Assembly: GCA_964016885.1 (NCBI GenBank)
Contig: OZ024742.1
Location: 84,630,001-84,694,000 of the forward strand
DNA length: 64,000 nucleotides
Reading direction: 5' to 3'
Source of the DNA: Eledone cirrhosa
Lineage: Eukaryota
Translations under genes and position numbers: made by a program
Shown: positions 48,301-61,771 of the stretch, piece after piece
How the letters are laid out: each line of letters starts with the position of its first letter
How positions within the stretch are numbered: the first letter of the stretch is position 1
Notes under the pieces: model-generated
Told to the model about the DNA's origin: nothing
The model's input: only the letters and a program-made list of their open reading frames with translations
Databases searched by the model: none

Positions 48301-50224
48301 AGAAAGGATGCCAAAAGAAGTCATGTGGTACAAAGGACTAGTTACTTATTGATAAAATGGTAATGAGGAATTGCAAGAGGAGACACACTGGTCTTGCCAT
48401 GGGATGAATAGACTACAAAAAGGCATTTGACATGGTGCCTCATTCTTGGATCACCAAAAGCCTGGAGATCTTCAAGATGGCAGATAACATCAGACAGTTG
48501 TTGGGCAAAAGTATGAAGTCCTGGGAAACCGAGTTAACATCAACTGGAGAATCCTTGGGAAGCGTGAAGATCAAGAGAGGTATCTTCCAGGGAGATAGTC
48601 TGTCCCCTCTGTTGTTTGTCCTTGCCCTGATGCCCCTGACCAGTGTACTGCGAAACGTGAGTGCAGGATACAGGTTGGTAAAGGGAGGGCTTACCATCAA
48701 TCACCTCCTCTTCATGGACGATCTTAAGCTCTTCGGGAAGAGTGAGAAGAAGTTGGATGTTCTTGTTTACAATGTCCGTATTTTCAGCAATGATATATGT
48801 ATGCAATTTGGTATTAGTAAGTGTGGAGTAATTGTGATGAAGAGTGTAAGTTGAGCAGAAGTAACGGAATCCAGTTACCAACAGGTGAGATGATAAAGGA
48901 AATTGACTCTGAAGAAGGATACAAGTATTTGGGTGTTCTGGAGGCTGATGACATCAAGAACAAAAAAATGAAGGAATTGATAAGAACTGAATACATTCGG
49001 AGAGTAAGGAGCGTATAAAGTCACATCTGAACAGTAGGAATACCATAAGTGCAGTAAATTCCCGAGCTGTGTCTATTATTAGGTACAGTGCGGGAATTCT
49101 GAGATGGAATGTTGCTGAACAAAAAGAAATGGATAGGAAGACTATAAGCTATTGACTATCTACAACATGTTCCACAAGAGGAGTGATGTCGATAGACTCT
49201 ACTTAAGGAGATCTGAGGGTGGAAGAGGTCTTATCAGCATAGATGACTGTGTTCAGATGGAGAAAAACAACCTACACAAATACGTGACTGATAGTAAGGA
49301 GCCAATGCTCAGAACTGTACTGAAGGAGTGGACAATAGGCCAGGGGATGTCCAAGGAGGAAATAACATCGAGGAGAAAGAGCAGCCTTCAGGAAAAAATC
49401 CCTTCATAGTACCTTCTTTGAGAGAACTGAATTTAGAGATCCACAGACATGGAACTGGTTGAAAAGAGGAGACCTTAAAAAGGCCACAGAAGGAATGTTA
49501 ATGGCTGCGCAGGAGCAAGCCCTCAAGACGAAGTGGTTGATACACCATATTTACAAGGAGGAGACTAGCCCACTGTGCAGGATCTGTGGAGAGAGAGAGA
49601 GGAGACTGTGGCTCACATTGTATCCGAGTATAAAGACCTAGCCCAGACTCACTATAAGGGCTGGAGACATGATGTCATGGGCAGGGTGATCCACTGGCAC
49701 CAATGCAAAGTAAACAATTTACCACATTCTGAGAAGTGGTATGAGCATAAGCCAGAGTCCGTGATAGAAAACGATCAGGTGAAGGTGCTGTGTGATTTTA
49801 GGATACTGACGGACAAGAAATTGGAACACAATAGACCTGACCTGGTGGTTGTGGACAAAGAAAAAAGATCGTGCCTGATTGTGGATGTGGCCTGCCCATT
49901 CGACACGAGAGTGCAAGAGAAGGAGAGGGAGAAAATTAACCGATACCAGGACTTAAAGTGGGAGGTAAAAAGGATTTGGAACTGCTATGAAGTCAAAGTG
50001 ATCCCGATTGTCATAGGCACACTAGGGACTATCTCCAAAAGTTTCCAGGGATGGTTAAAGAAAATTGGCCCCTTCACGCTTTTTTGAACGCTTCAAAAGG
50101 CATGCTTGCTGGGAACAGCAAGAACCCTCCGATACGTCCTGAATATCTGACGCTGCAGGTAGTGGCTTGATATTCATTTCAACACATTTTCCAGTTAACT
50201 AACATCAATGACTGAGACTCAAAG
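45381..50224 (+). mobile_element. Full-length decayed R4/Dong-type LINE (family D1)
   Basis: (TAA)n-GGGAAGAA start. ORF from ATG 46760 to TGA 50150, broken by several frameshifts and stops. 3' end ...CTCAAAG-(AAT)n. Confidence 0.93.
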
Positions 50225-50236
50225 AATAATAATAAT

Positions 50237-50504
50237 ACGCAAATCCAAGGGGTCTAATGATTACTTATCGCAAATCCCAGGAAACCCGCGTATAGGAGAA
50301 ATACAAAAGATAGTACTAATGGGAACTGCCCATATACTAAGGAAGATTCTGTCAATATAAGTACATCACAAGTCTAAACACTAAATATGCATGTGTGAGT
50401 GTGTATATTCTTTCTTGAACATGGCGGACCTTGTTGTTTCTTGAGGTCACTGGTTGTGACTTGGTGATAACTCGTATGAACATAAAGCAAGATAAATGCA
50501 ACTG
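50237..50504 (+). mobile_element. Short 3' fragment of Dong family D2
   Basis: Reverse complement of about 27918-28175, with (AAT)n on both sides. Confidence 0.9.
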
Positions 50505-50528
50505 TAATAATAATAATAATAATAATAA

Positions 50529-53500
50529 GGGCTAACATGAAGAAAACATTAGAGAGGCACAGAACAGTACAGGAAGATACAAAGTGGGTTTTGGTCGTGT
50601 AAACAGTTTTTAACACAATCGGGCTAGAAATCAAAAAAATTCAAACAACAAAAATTCCCCCAAAAAGGGGGAAACCACCGAGGGTCACTCGTGGCGAAAA
50701 CCACACAAAAAGACCACGGCCACCCTGACAACAAGGGCAAGCGCCTTCTCTCAGTTTTCTCACTCCTCAGTCTACAGGCGCAAACTCAGAGCGGACCCGT
50801 TCTCTCGCACCAGACTCGCCACTTTTACTCACCTTTCAACAAACTTACTAGAAGACAGCACTTGCCTCTCCACCCTGATTTTCCTCTTCAAGTGAAAGTT
50901 TAAAAAGTTAATCAGCAATTGGCCGAAGAGGAAGTGTCCATCTTCAACCCTTTCAATCTTGTCCACCACACAACCCCTTTCGCCATGGCCACCAGGCAGA
51001 TGAAAACTGCCTGCCCTTCCTCCTCTTTAAAGGAGGATGGCGGGGTTATATGCACAATGGACTCAGTCGCTAACCGGATCTGTCCTACACGCCACAGCAG
51101 CTGTTCGACATAGCTCCACAAGTCAGCAATCCTCCTCGAGCATAGAACGAGTGCGTGCATGTCGGTTTCGTCGCCCTGCGCGCATCTAGGACAGGTTCGG
51201 CTGACAGCACCTCCGTACCTGTAGAGCTTATCCCGACCGGCAACGGTCCCCAGTAGCACTGCCAGGAGAGGGATCTCTGGAAGTTGTCCATAGGTCCTGG
51301 TCTGAAAGTTCTCTTGACGCCCAGGGTCTCCTCGAGAGCGTCGCGCTCTTTACCTCCACTAGCCCTCTATAGAACGCCGAAGTGGATGTTCAACCGATAC
51401 TAGTACCCAGCTGGTAGAGGGCGGTGAGCGCTTGGAGACATTCCAGATTCCAAGCGCTATCCCTCGGTCTTTTGCTGATCCATAACTGCAGATCCGTCAA
51501 GGAGACGAGCTGGGGGAAAGCGTGTCTGGCAAACGGTGACGACAACTGTTCACCGTCAACGAAGTAAAAAGATGTCGCAGCCACAGCGTACGTTTGCTCA
51601 TCATCAACCACGGCTTGCCTACTGCTCCACGCAACGGGTGTTGAAAGCAAATGAATCGTCTTACCATGGGAGCACGTCCCTTCCACAAAAAGCGGAAGAG
51701 AAGGCGCTACGTTTTGGTTAGATTTGGGCGGGGGAAAGATACGACGGTCATGCGGTAGCAGATGACGGACGCTATGTACGCATTCGCCACCTCCGCCCAA
51801 CCTTTCAGAGACAGCCTGCTCTCGGCTGAGAGAGGCCACCCTGTCGTCACCTCGCTCCAGCTTTTCTTCATCTGGAGGTCCGGACCGAACCAGACCCAGA
51901 GCAATTTAACCAGTCCTTCCGTCCAGCACCCCACGATGCTGGCGGACGGCATGGACTTGCCTCTCCAGATGCCGGGTTGCAAGCCCACCGACCTTTCCTG
52001 GTTTATCTTTGCTCCTGTGACCGCTTCGTATTCCTTAAGTGCGGTGACGAGCATCTGGACGTGTTTGGTGCTCGACACCACCACGGTGACGTCGTCGCCG
52101 TACGCTGACACGGATCTCCCACATCCCAGTTCGCGTGGGACCCCCATCATCGTTTCCAATTTGTGCAGTAACGGCTCTAGGGCCAGTACGTACAAGATGG
52201 ACGAGAGGGAGAAACCCTGGCGGACCGAGCGCATGATGTTGAAAGGCTGCGACAGGTGACATTCGCCCTCACAATCGAGCAGATGTCGCTGTGCATCGCA
52301 GCGATCCAGCCCCTAAAAACGGGCCCGAATCCGGCCGCCTCCAGGACCGCATCCAGGTACCGATGGTCGACCCTATCATCTGCTTTAGATTGATCCAAGT
52401 TGATCAGAGCTCCACCCGTACCAGGTTCCTTAACCACCCTCTCTATAATATATCGCATGAGATGGAGATTGTAGTGGATGGATCTGTCCGGAATGGCGCA
52501 TGTCTGCGCCTCTCCTCCCAGATCACCGACGACAAGCGTCAATCTCTTTGCTAACACCTTGGCCAAAATCTTAAACTCTGCGTTTAGCAGAGTTATGGGC
52601 CTGAAGTTGTCTATAACGTCCCCCTTTTTCGGATCTTTTCTCAGCAACGCCACCGCTCCCCGGCTCACAAAACTGGATATACTTCTGTTCTGCTGTCAGT
52701 TGCAGTAGACATCTGCCAAGAGGTCACCGAACAAGTCTGGCATATACGCATAAAGCTCGTAGGGCAGACCATCCATACCTGGCGATTTACCCATCGTGCA
52801 GTCAGACGTCGCTTCCTGTATTTCACCTGCTATTATTGGCTTTTCGCAGCATTGCGCTGTGGTCGGAGAGAGCAGCAGGAGTCAGTCGGGGTATGCACCG
52901 AAGTCCATACTCCGATCCTGCCCGCCGACGATCCAGAACAATTGAGCAAATTGCTGTTGAGAAGCCGCACACATCTGCTTGGGTTAGAGCAACATGCGCC
53001 GCTTGATCAGGCGAAGACCGAATTGTGGACTTGTTGCCACGTCGCGCCTCCACCACCCGGGCCCATTGAACGGCTTTCTCCCCCTCGTGTCTTAGAGCAC
53101 GCGCTCTAGCTCTGACAACGCAGCCTTCATGCTTTGCCTTGAAGAAATGGCCGAGTGCCAATCTCGCCGCAAGCACGTCGGATGCGATGCCTGTCCTAAA
53201 CGCCTCTTCTAGATTTCTAACTAACTCTCCCTCTAATCTATTTTGCCCTAACACTACACCTTTGCTAAACCTTACGATTCTACTCTAATAGCCATTTTCA
53301 GGGTAAACCACTATCGCACCCGTCAAGAAACGCTTAACTAATTCGCTAATCCGGTCTCTGTAAGCCGGCCCTTGCCGATGGAATCTATCTAAGTCAACTT
53401 CACAGATCACAAATTTGTAGTCCGTGTATTCGACTACTTTAAATTGTGGACAACCTACACTAGCTTTATTTGTTTCCCTACAGAATACCCTATCTAAATA

Positions 53501-56256
53501 CGATCTGGATGACCCTATGCGGTTTGCCCATGTCCACATTGGCACAATCGGATAATCCAGTCTATACCTGTCACACACTTCAAAACGTCTGAGCAGGTTG
53601 TTGATGATTTTACACCCTCCTGCGTTGTCTCACTTTCTCCACATAATCCCAGCGTGCATCTAAGATACCGTTCCAGTCGTCGACTAACACTAAAGAGCGC
53701 GACGTTCCAAGAAAGGTCTCTAGACATCTGAAGAAATATGGCAGTCCTGCCCCTGTTGGGGCGAAGATGGCTACTAGCCTGAAAGCATTGCCTTCGCTGC
53801 CGGTCACGTCCAGCACCACCGACTTACCTTCTGGGTCTAGGAAGATGGCCGGTATGGCGAGATCCAAGCCCCTCCGAAAAAGCACTGACACCCCTCCCCC
53901 CGATCATGGACGGCTGGGAGATGCGTATACATCGTAGCCGCCGATGATCGGTGCGAAGGCTCGTGCTTCGGAGATTCTAGTCTCACTGATGGCCACCACA
54001 TCTATGTTTAGTGACCTGAGGTCGTTGAGCAGGTGACCCTGCTTCCAAGATGAACCCAAGCCACGTACATTTATACTGCCTATTCTAAGTACGGCCATGT
54101 TGGATGAGAAACGGGCAAGTGAGAAAGGATTGCTTACCTTGATCGTGTGGTGAAGGAACAGTATAATCGTCCCTTTGGCTGGTCATGGGTGTTTCCAAGA
54201 GGATGTCGGTGTATATCCTCTTGGCAACCGCCCCTCCGAAGTCACCAACTGCGTTGGGCAATTTTTGTTTTAAAAGTTTGTAATGTTTTGATTTCAATAA
54301 TGTTTATGTTTGTCGGGAGAGTTCTTGGTGTTGGTGGGGTGTAGTTGTTTTTTTCTGAATGTCTGTGTGCTGCTTTATATGTTGTAAGAGTTCTTTATTT
54401 GCCAAGTTTATGGCTGTGTACTTCTTTGGGAGAGGGGTGATTTTGTTACTATTTTCTTGTTGCTGTTGGGTGTGTGTGTTTTATGTTTGCAATGTTGGTG
54501 TTTTGGTGATGTTGGTGATGGTGTGGTTGTTGTTGGTGGTGATGCTTGTGGTGTTGATGATGATGGTGGTGGTGTTGCTGCAAGTCTGCTTACAGCCTTC
54601 GTTTGCCTTCGCTTTTGGAGGGTGAAGCTAAGGTTTTTTTAGTTTTTTTTGTTTTTTGTGGCAGACCGTTTTCCACTTCCCTCCCGCCACATACTCCATG
54701 TCGGATTCCGTGGCGTCTGGAGGTGGCAGTGGAGGGCGCTCCAGCGATTTTGACGCCGATGTAGCTACTACGACTGTTGGTGTTGTCGCCACTGTTGTCC
54801 GTGGCCTTGGTATGGCTGCCACGGACGTTGTCCTCTTACTCACCATGGAAGGGTCTTCTGACTCTGTTGCCTGCCCTGCTCTTGGTAGCAGCGGATCAGG
54901 CGTCGGAAGGAGGGGGGAGGCTCGTCTTGGCTGTGTTCTGCGGGAAGAAGGCCCTGAGGTAACATTTCTGCCCACAGAGATAGCACTTTGGGCGCCTTCC
55001 TTCCACTCTTATAGGGAGTTGGAGACTTCCCCGAGGTCTATGATGTCTGGGATGGCCTCGAAGCACTCCTGGTCTGTTTGTATTAGCATTTGCATGCCTA
55101 TCCTGACCAGTCCTCTCTTCCCATTCTCGGTATTTGCAGTATGGTGGTCTCCTCCTCGATTTCAGCAAGTACAGACGCGGCCAGTCAAGGTATGGGTACG
55201 TCGGACGGGATCTGGGTCACTTTGACGCTCACAATTTTCTGCCCGCAGTAGGAGGGCACCAAGACTATCTCCTCACTCTTTACAGTTTCCAAAGAGTGAG
55301 ACTTCACCTCTTGGAGGGGGGGGGGGTTCTTCTACTGTGGCATACTTTTTACTTCGGGTGATGTGGGGTTTGCGCGCCCAGACGCACCCTAAGGCCTTTT
55401 GGATTTGAGCCTCCGTGGCTCTCTCCACCCAATGTGACATTTTGCTTACGGTGTGGTAAGCTGCTGGTCTTTGAAGAAATCGGTGGAGATTTGAGGGAAA
55501 CTCTATTATCATTTCTAGTCACCATGGCTCTTGCGACCGCCATCTCCTCCTCCGTGACTACCAATGTCTCTATATTTCGGACCACACCTACGAAAGATGT
55601 GGACCCTTTTTCAGCGTCACCATTGTTGCTCCCGCTATTGCTGCTACTGGTCTTGTTGTTGGTGCAGTTGCTGTTGCTACTGCTAGAAACGTTGTTGTCG
55701 GCCTTGTTGCTGTTATCACTGTGTTGTAGTTGGTTGTGTTTTTGGTGCCACCGTTGTTGTAGTTTTCGGTGCAATTTGTATTGTTGCTGTTGGTGTTGTC
55801 GTTGTTTATTTTCTTGTTAGTGGTGTTAATATCGTTGTTGCATTTGTCTTTTTTTTCTGTTGTCTGTATTTTGGTTGTCGCTGTTGTAGTTGGTGTGGTA
55901 ATTTTTTTTAAATTACTGTTCTCAGTGTTGTTGTCTGTGGTTACGTTGTTTGTGTTGGTGTTTGTTGTATTACTTTCTGTGACCCGCTTTTCAAATTTTA
56001 CGCCGTTTTCACATGACAGCAGACATATTGTTGGCGTGTCTCAGCCATGTTTTTTTTTAAATTTTTAAAAGTAAAATGTTCAAATATTGTTCAAATATTT
56101 GGGCCAAAAGGCCCAAGTACTATACTTTCCCCTTCACAGGGCAAAATCCAAGGGCTTATATCCCTTACACAACAAGAAAAATTTAACAACAAATAATTAT
56201 AACAGGTAAATAAAGCGACTTACTGGGAGCGAACAAAAAGGACGTCCGAACAGACC
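50529..56256 (-). mobile_element. Full-length decayed Tx1-type LINE (B-type throughout)
   Basis: 5' end G-TCTGTTCGGACGTCC as at 9881. ORF1 with RPKCYLCGQ. ORF2 from 54098 (MAVLRIGSINVRG), YGDD. Distinct 3' UTR. (AAT)n on both sides. Confidence 0.92.
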
Positions 56257-56310
<54 letters not shown>

Positions 56311-56311
<1 letters not shown>

Positions 56312-59300
56312 CTTTCTGTATTAACCACAAGGGTTTACATAAAGTAGACATTAAGGACAGTACAGGATAATACAGGAAGGTACAAATGGGCATTTCTGCG
56401 TGTAAAAACAAGAAACAAAGGATGTAATGATAGAATAATAAAAAATTCCCCAATAGGGGGGAGACTTCCGAGGGATATTCGTGGAGAAAGCCCATTAAAA
56501 AGCCGCAGTGACCCTGACCACCAGGGCAAGTGCCCTCTCCCAATTTTCCACCTTTAATTTACAGACACATACTCAGAGTAGGCCCCTTCACTCGGGCCAT
56601 TCTTGCCTCTCTCACTCATCTTTCAACAAAATGCTGGGAAGAGAGGACTTCCCTTTCTACCCTGATTTTCCTTTTCAAATAAAATTTGAAAAAGTTAATC
56701 AGGGCATCACCGAAGAGGTAAGTGCTCGTCTTCAGCCCTTTCAAACGTGTCCACCATACTATCTCTTTCGCCATGGCCACCAGACAGATAAAAATTGCCT
56801 GACCTTCCCTGATAAAGGAAGAGGGCGGGGCAATCCTCACGATGGACTCAGCTGATAGCTGGATCCGTCCTACACGTGACAGCAGGTGTTCGACATAAAC
56901 CCACAAATCAGCAATGCTCGGTCACTGGACGAGTGCGTGCAGGACGGTTTCGTCGCCTGGCGTGCATCTCGGACATGCCCGGCTGCCGGCACCTCCATGC
57001 CTGTAGAGTTTATCCCGAACTGGCAAAGCTCATCGGTAGCACTGCCAGGCCAGGGATTTCTGGAAGTTGTCCATAGGCCCCGGCCCGAAAGTTCTTCCGA
57101 AGAGATTGGCTAGTTGATTTCGTCGACGGCTATAAATTTTGCAAGTACGTAGTCGCTCATACCCTCCACTAATCCTCTATAGAACGCCAAGGTGGTGTTT
57201 TCACCGATCACATTGCCCGATTAGACGAGGGCTATGAGCGCCTGAAGACATTCCAGTCTCCAAGCGCTCCCTCTCGGTCTTCGCTTGACCCAGGACTGCA
57301 GCTCCGTCAAGGAGACCAGCTGACATCGTCCGCATATGCTGACACGGATCTTCCGCATTCTAGTTCACGCGGGACCCCCCCTCAACGTCTCCAGTTTGTG
57401 CAGTAATGGCTCGAGAGTCAAACGTACGATAGGGACGAGAGGGGACATCCTTGGTGGACCGAGCGCATGATGTTGAACGGTTTCTAAAGGTGATCCAGCC
57501 TCTGAAGACGGGCCCAATGCCACCGCCCTCAGGACTGCCCCTAGGTAACGATGGTCGACCATATCGAAAGCTTTCGACTGATCTAAATTGATCAAAGAGC
57601 CACCGTGCCAGGTTCCCTAGCCACCCTCTCTACAATGTATCGCATAAGGTGGAGGTTGTCGTTGATGGATCTGTCGGGAATGGTGCATGTCTGCGCCTCT
57701 CCCACCAGACCACCAACGATAAGCGCTAACCGCTTTGCTAGCTTTTTGGCCCAAATCATGAACTCTGTGTTTAGCAGAGTTATGGGCCTAAAATTATCTA
57801 TGTTATCCCTCTTGTTCGGATCCTTTCTCAGCAGCGCCACAGCTCCTCGGCTCACAGATCTGGGAATTATCACGTTCTGTTGCCAGTTGCAGTAGACGTC
57901 CGCCAAGAGGACTCCGAACAGGTCTGGCATCTGTACGTAAAGTTCATAGGGCTGACGATCCAAACCAAGCGATTTACCCCCTGTGCAGCCAGTCATTGCT
58001 TCCCGTACTACAGCGGCTGCTATCGACATTTCGCAACACTCCGGCTCAGCGGCTCAGAGAGCCGTGGCAATCCGTCGAGGTAGACACTAAAGTCCATCCC
58101 TCGATCCGGCCAGCCGCTGCCCCCGAACAGCTGAGCGAAGTGTCGCTGATAAGCTTCACACATTTGCCCGAGATTGAGTAGCATGCGCCCGTCGTGGTCC
58201 ACCAAAGACCGGATCGTGGATTTGTTGCCACGATTCTCCTCCGCCACTCGGGCCCATTGAACGGCTTTCGTCCCCTCGTGTCTGAAAGCACGCACCCTAG
58301 GTCTGAAAACGCACCCTTCGTGCTTTGCATTGAAGAATTGGTCACGGGCCAATTTCGCCGCCAGTACGTCGGTCGCGATGCCTTTGCCAAGCGCCTCGTC
58401 TAATTTTCTAACTAATTATCCCTCTGCTCTATTTTTCTCTATTGCTAACGCCTTACTAAACCTAATGGACTCTATTCTAATTGTTCTTTTCAGAGCAAAC
58501 CACCACTTGTTGTTGACGATGGCCCCCGTCAACGCCCGCTTAACTAGTTCGCTAATCCGGTCTCTTTAGGCTTTGCGCGCTGGTAAGGACGCGTTTAGCT
58601 TCCAGTAGCCGGGTCCTCGTCTATGAAGCCTATCTAAGTCAAGCACACAGCTCACGAATTTGTGGTCCGTGTAGCTGACTATCTTAGCCTATGCTAGACC
58701 TATATATTTCTCTACAAAATACTCTATCTAGATATGATCTGGATGACCCTATGCGATTTGTCCAAGTCCACATTGGCACATTCGGGAAATCCAATCGGTA
58801 CCTGTCAGACAGTTCAAAACGCCTGAGCAGGTTGGTGAGGCTCTTGCACCCTCCTCCCCTATCCGCTAATCCCACACAGTCCCAGCGTGCATCTAAGATC
58901 CCGTTCCAGTCGTCCACTAACACTAAAGAGTCTAACACCAAGAAAGGTCTCCAGACGCCGGAAGAAATCAAGCCGCCCTGCTCCTGTCGGGACATAGACG
59001 GCCACTAGCCTGAAAGCTTGCCCGTCTCCGCTGGTCACGTCTAGCACCACCAACTTACCTTCTGGGTCTAGAAAGATGGCCCGTATAGCGAGATCTACAC
59101 ATCTCCGAAAAAGCACAGCAACTCCTCCCCCCGATCCCGGACGGCTGGGAGATGCGTACACATCGTATCCGCCGAAGATCGGGGCGAAGGCCCGTGCTTC
59201 AGAGATTCTGGTCTCGCTGATGGCCACTACATCTATGTTTAGTGACCTGAGGTCGTTGAGCAGGTGGCCCTGCTTCCATGACGACCCCAAGCCACGCGCA

Positions 59301-61690
59301 TTTATGCTGCCTATTCTGAGTGAGGTCATGTTTAAAATAGAGTGGAAAAGATGGGAAAGACCACTTACCGTACTTTTCGTAGAGGAGGGATGGTTTTTAC
59401 ATCCCTTTTCACTTGATCGTCTGGTGAAGGGACCGTTGAATCGTCCCTTCGGCTGGTCGTCGGCTCTTCTATGAGTATGTCCGAATATACTCTTCGATTG
59501 ATAGTTCCTCCTATGTCCCTGAAATCACCAACTGCGTTGGGGAATTTCGTTTTAATGTTTGTGTATTGTTTCTGTGCTATTTTTAGCAGTCTTATGTTAG
59601 TTGGCGTTTTGATTGGTGCTGGTATTATGTAGTCGTGTTGTGAAATGTCTGTGTGTTCAATTATGTAAGTCATTAGTTTCTTGTTGTGTGTATTTATTGC
59701 CGTGCATTTGTTTTTCTGGGGGTGGGGTGTGGTTCTGCTCTTTTCTTGTCGTTGTTGCTGGGTATGTGTGTTTTGTTGTTGTGTTTGCGATGTTGGTGCT
59801 TTTGGTGGTGGTGTTGAAGGTGTTGTTGGCGGTGGGGTTGTCGCCGGTGGTGATGGTGGTGCTAGTGTGGGTGGTGATGGCGTTGGTGTTGTTGCTGCTG
59901 TGAGTCTCTTTGCAGTAGACATTATACTTTTCTCATTTCTTTCCTCCCTTTTCAAAGGCGACGATGCGCTGCTTCTGCGTTTGTACCTTCTTACGACCTT
60001 TTGCCATCCCTCTCCCACCTCACACTCCATGTCTGATTCTGTGAGCTCGGGGAGGGGTACCAGCTCCACTCTTTCACTTGTTGTTGTTGGTGATGTTTGC
60101 ACTGGAGTCTCTGTTGCAGCTGCATTTGGTATTGCTGTTGTTGTTGTTAATATTTCCACTGCTGCTGCTGATTTTGATTTCCGTGCCGTGGGTATGGGTG
60201 CCACGGACCTATCGTTCCTGGTTGCTGCTTGTCCTGTTGCTCGTAGCCGTGGAGCCGGTTTCGGAAGGAGGGGGGTTTTCTCCTTTCTCAGGGTCTTCTC
60301 GTTGCAGAAGGCCCTGAGGTGAGTCTTCGATCCACAGCGAAAGCATTTCGGGCGTTTGCCCTCAACACTTATGGGCAGTTGAGTGCCGTTATCTAAGTCT
60401 ATCACATCCGGGATAGCTTCGATGCACTCCTGGTTGGTTTGGATTAACATCTCAATGGAGGTGCCGACCCAATCTTCTCTTACTTTTTTCTGTACTTGCA
60501 GTACAGTTGTTTTATCCTCGATTCCGACGAGGACAGACGCGGCCAGCCATGAAGGGGCCATCCCGGGGGGGGGGGGGGGGACGTGGATCAGTTTAACCCT
60601 CACAATTTTTTGCCCGCAGAAGGAGGGCACCAACACCAGTTCCTCGCTCCTTTGGGTCACTACGGATTGAGCCTTTGCCTCCTGGGGTGTGGCAAAAAGT
60701 ACGTCTACGGTGGCATATTTTTGGCCTCGGGTGATGTGCATTTTCCGCTGCCACACAGACCCCAAGGCTTTTTGTATTTGAGCCTCTGTGGCTCTTTCAA
60801 TCCTACGGGATTTTGTACTTACTGTACGGTACTTGACCGTACAGTGCTGTTGGGCTTCGAAAAGTTTTTCCGCTGTCTTGCAGATTGCTCGGTGTCCAGT
60901 CTTTGTCACCATCTTCTTCGCTTCCTCTAATTCCTCATTTGTTATGAGGATTGTTTCCAGGTTCTTCGCGATACCTGCAAACGAGATTGGTTTTTCTTTG
61001 CTGCTGTTGTTGTTGTCGTCAGAGCCGCTGTTACTTTTGTTGTTGCTGCAGGTACTACGACTATTGCCTCCGCCGCTGTTGCTGTGGTTGTTGTTAGTGT
61101 TGCTGCTGCTAATGCTGTTGTTGTTTATGCTGCTGGTGATGCTGTTGCGGCTGCTACTGTTATTTTCATTGTCACTGTTGCTATTGTTATTACGGCTGCT
61201 ACTGCTATTATTCCTGACGTCAGACGAATGAAATGGGTTTTCGTATTTCCCGCACACCTGTTTCGTCGTTGTCGTCGTCGTCGTGGAGAAATCTTGCACG
61301 CTTTGCACGAGACTTTTCTTTTCTGTCGTCGCTTCCTAAAGAGAAGGGAGGGAGAGAGACACATTTAAAGAAGGGAGGGAGAGAGACAATCTTCTCTCTG
61401 CTGTAGTGATGATTGAGGAAGAAGAAGACGGAATGAGTGGGAGTGACCTATGAAAATTCTTTTTCGTAGCCATGTTGTTTTTTTTTGTTTAAAATAAATA
61501 TTGGGCACACAACCCCAATAAGCAGTTATTTAACCCCGAAGGGCCAAATAACGGGCAGAAAGACCCCTCTCACGAGGAGGAGGGTGTTTTTGTCTACAAG
61601 TTCGTTAAAGTTTTAAACAATTTACAATTGTTATAGCGTTCAAAATTTACAATACCTTACAGAGCCGAGCCTCCGTCAACCATAGCATTC
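56311..61690 (-). mobile_element. Tx1-type LINE (D-type 5'/ORF1, A-type ORF2), both ends intact, about 0.6-kb deletion after YADD
   Basis: ORF2 from 59329 (MTSLRIGSINARG). Deletion junction at 57320/57321. A-type 3' UTR. (AAT)n on both sides. Confidence 0.92.
59365..61308 (-). CDS. Tx1 ORF1 (gag-like nucleic-acid-binding protein), 647-aa open frame
   Basis: N/S-rich N-terminus, conserved central domain, zinc knuckle C-x2-C-x4-H-x4-C (CFRCGSKTHLRAFC), P/T-rich linker. The true start may be the ATG at 61473, cut off by a short duplication. Confidence 0.85.
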   Translation of the reverse strand: MQSVQDFSTTTTTTTKQVCGKYENPFHSSDVRNNSSSSRNNNSNSDNENNSSSRNSITSSINNNSISSSNTNNNHSNSGGGNSRSTCSNNKSNSGSDDNNNSSKEKPISFAGIAKNLETILITNEELEEAKKMVTKTGHRAICKTAEKLFEAQQHCTVKYRTVSTKSRRIERATEAQIQKALGSVWQRKMHITRGQKYATVDVLFATPQEAKAQSVVTQRSEELVLVPSFCGQKIVRVKLIHVPPPPPGMAPSWLAASVLVGIEDKTTVLQVQKKVREDWVGTSIEMLIQTNQECIEAIPDVIDLDNGTQLPISVEGKRPKCFRCGSKTHLRAFCNEKTLRKEKTPLLPKPAPRLRATGQAATRNDRSVAPIPTARKSKSAAAVEILTTTTAIPNAAATETPVQTSPTTTSERVELVPLPELTESDMECEVGEGWQKVVRRYKRRSSASSPLKREERNEKSIMSTAKRLTAATTPTPSPPTLAPPSPPATTPPPTTPSTPPPKAPTSQTQQQNTHTQQQRQEKSRTTPHPQKNKCTAINTHNKKLMTYIIEHTDISQHDYIIPAPIKTPTNIRLLKIAQKQYTNIKTKFPNAVGDFRDIGGTINRRVYSDILIEEPTTSRRDDSTVPSPDDQVKRDVKTIPPLRKVR

Positions 61691-61771
<81 letters not shown>

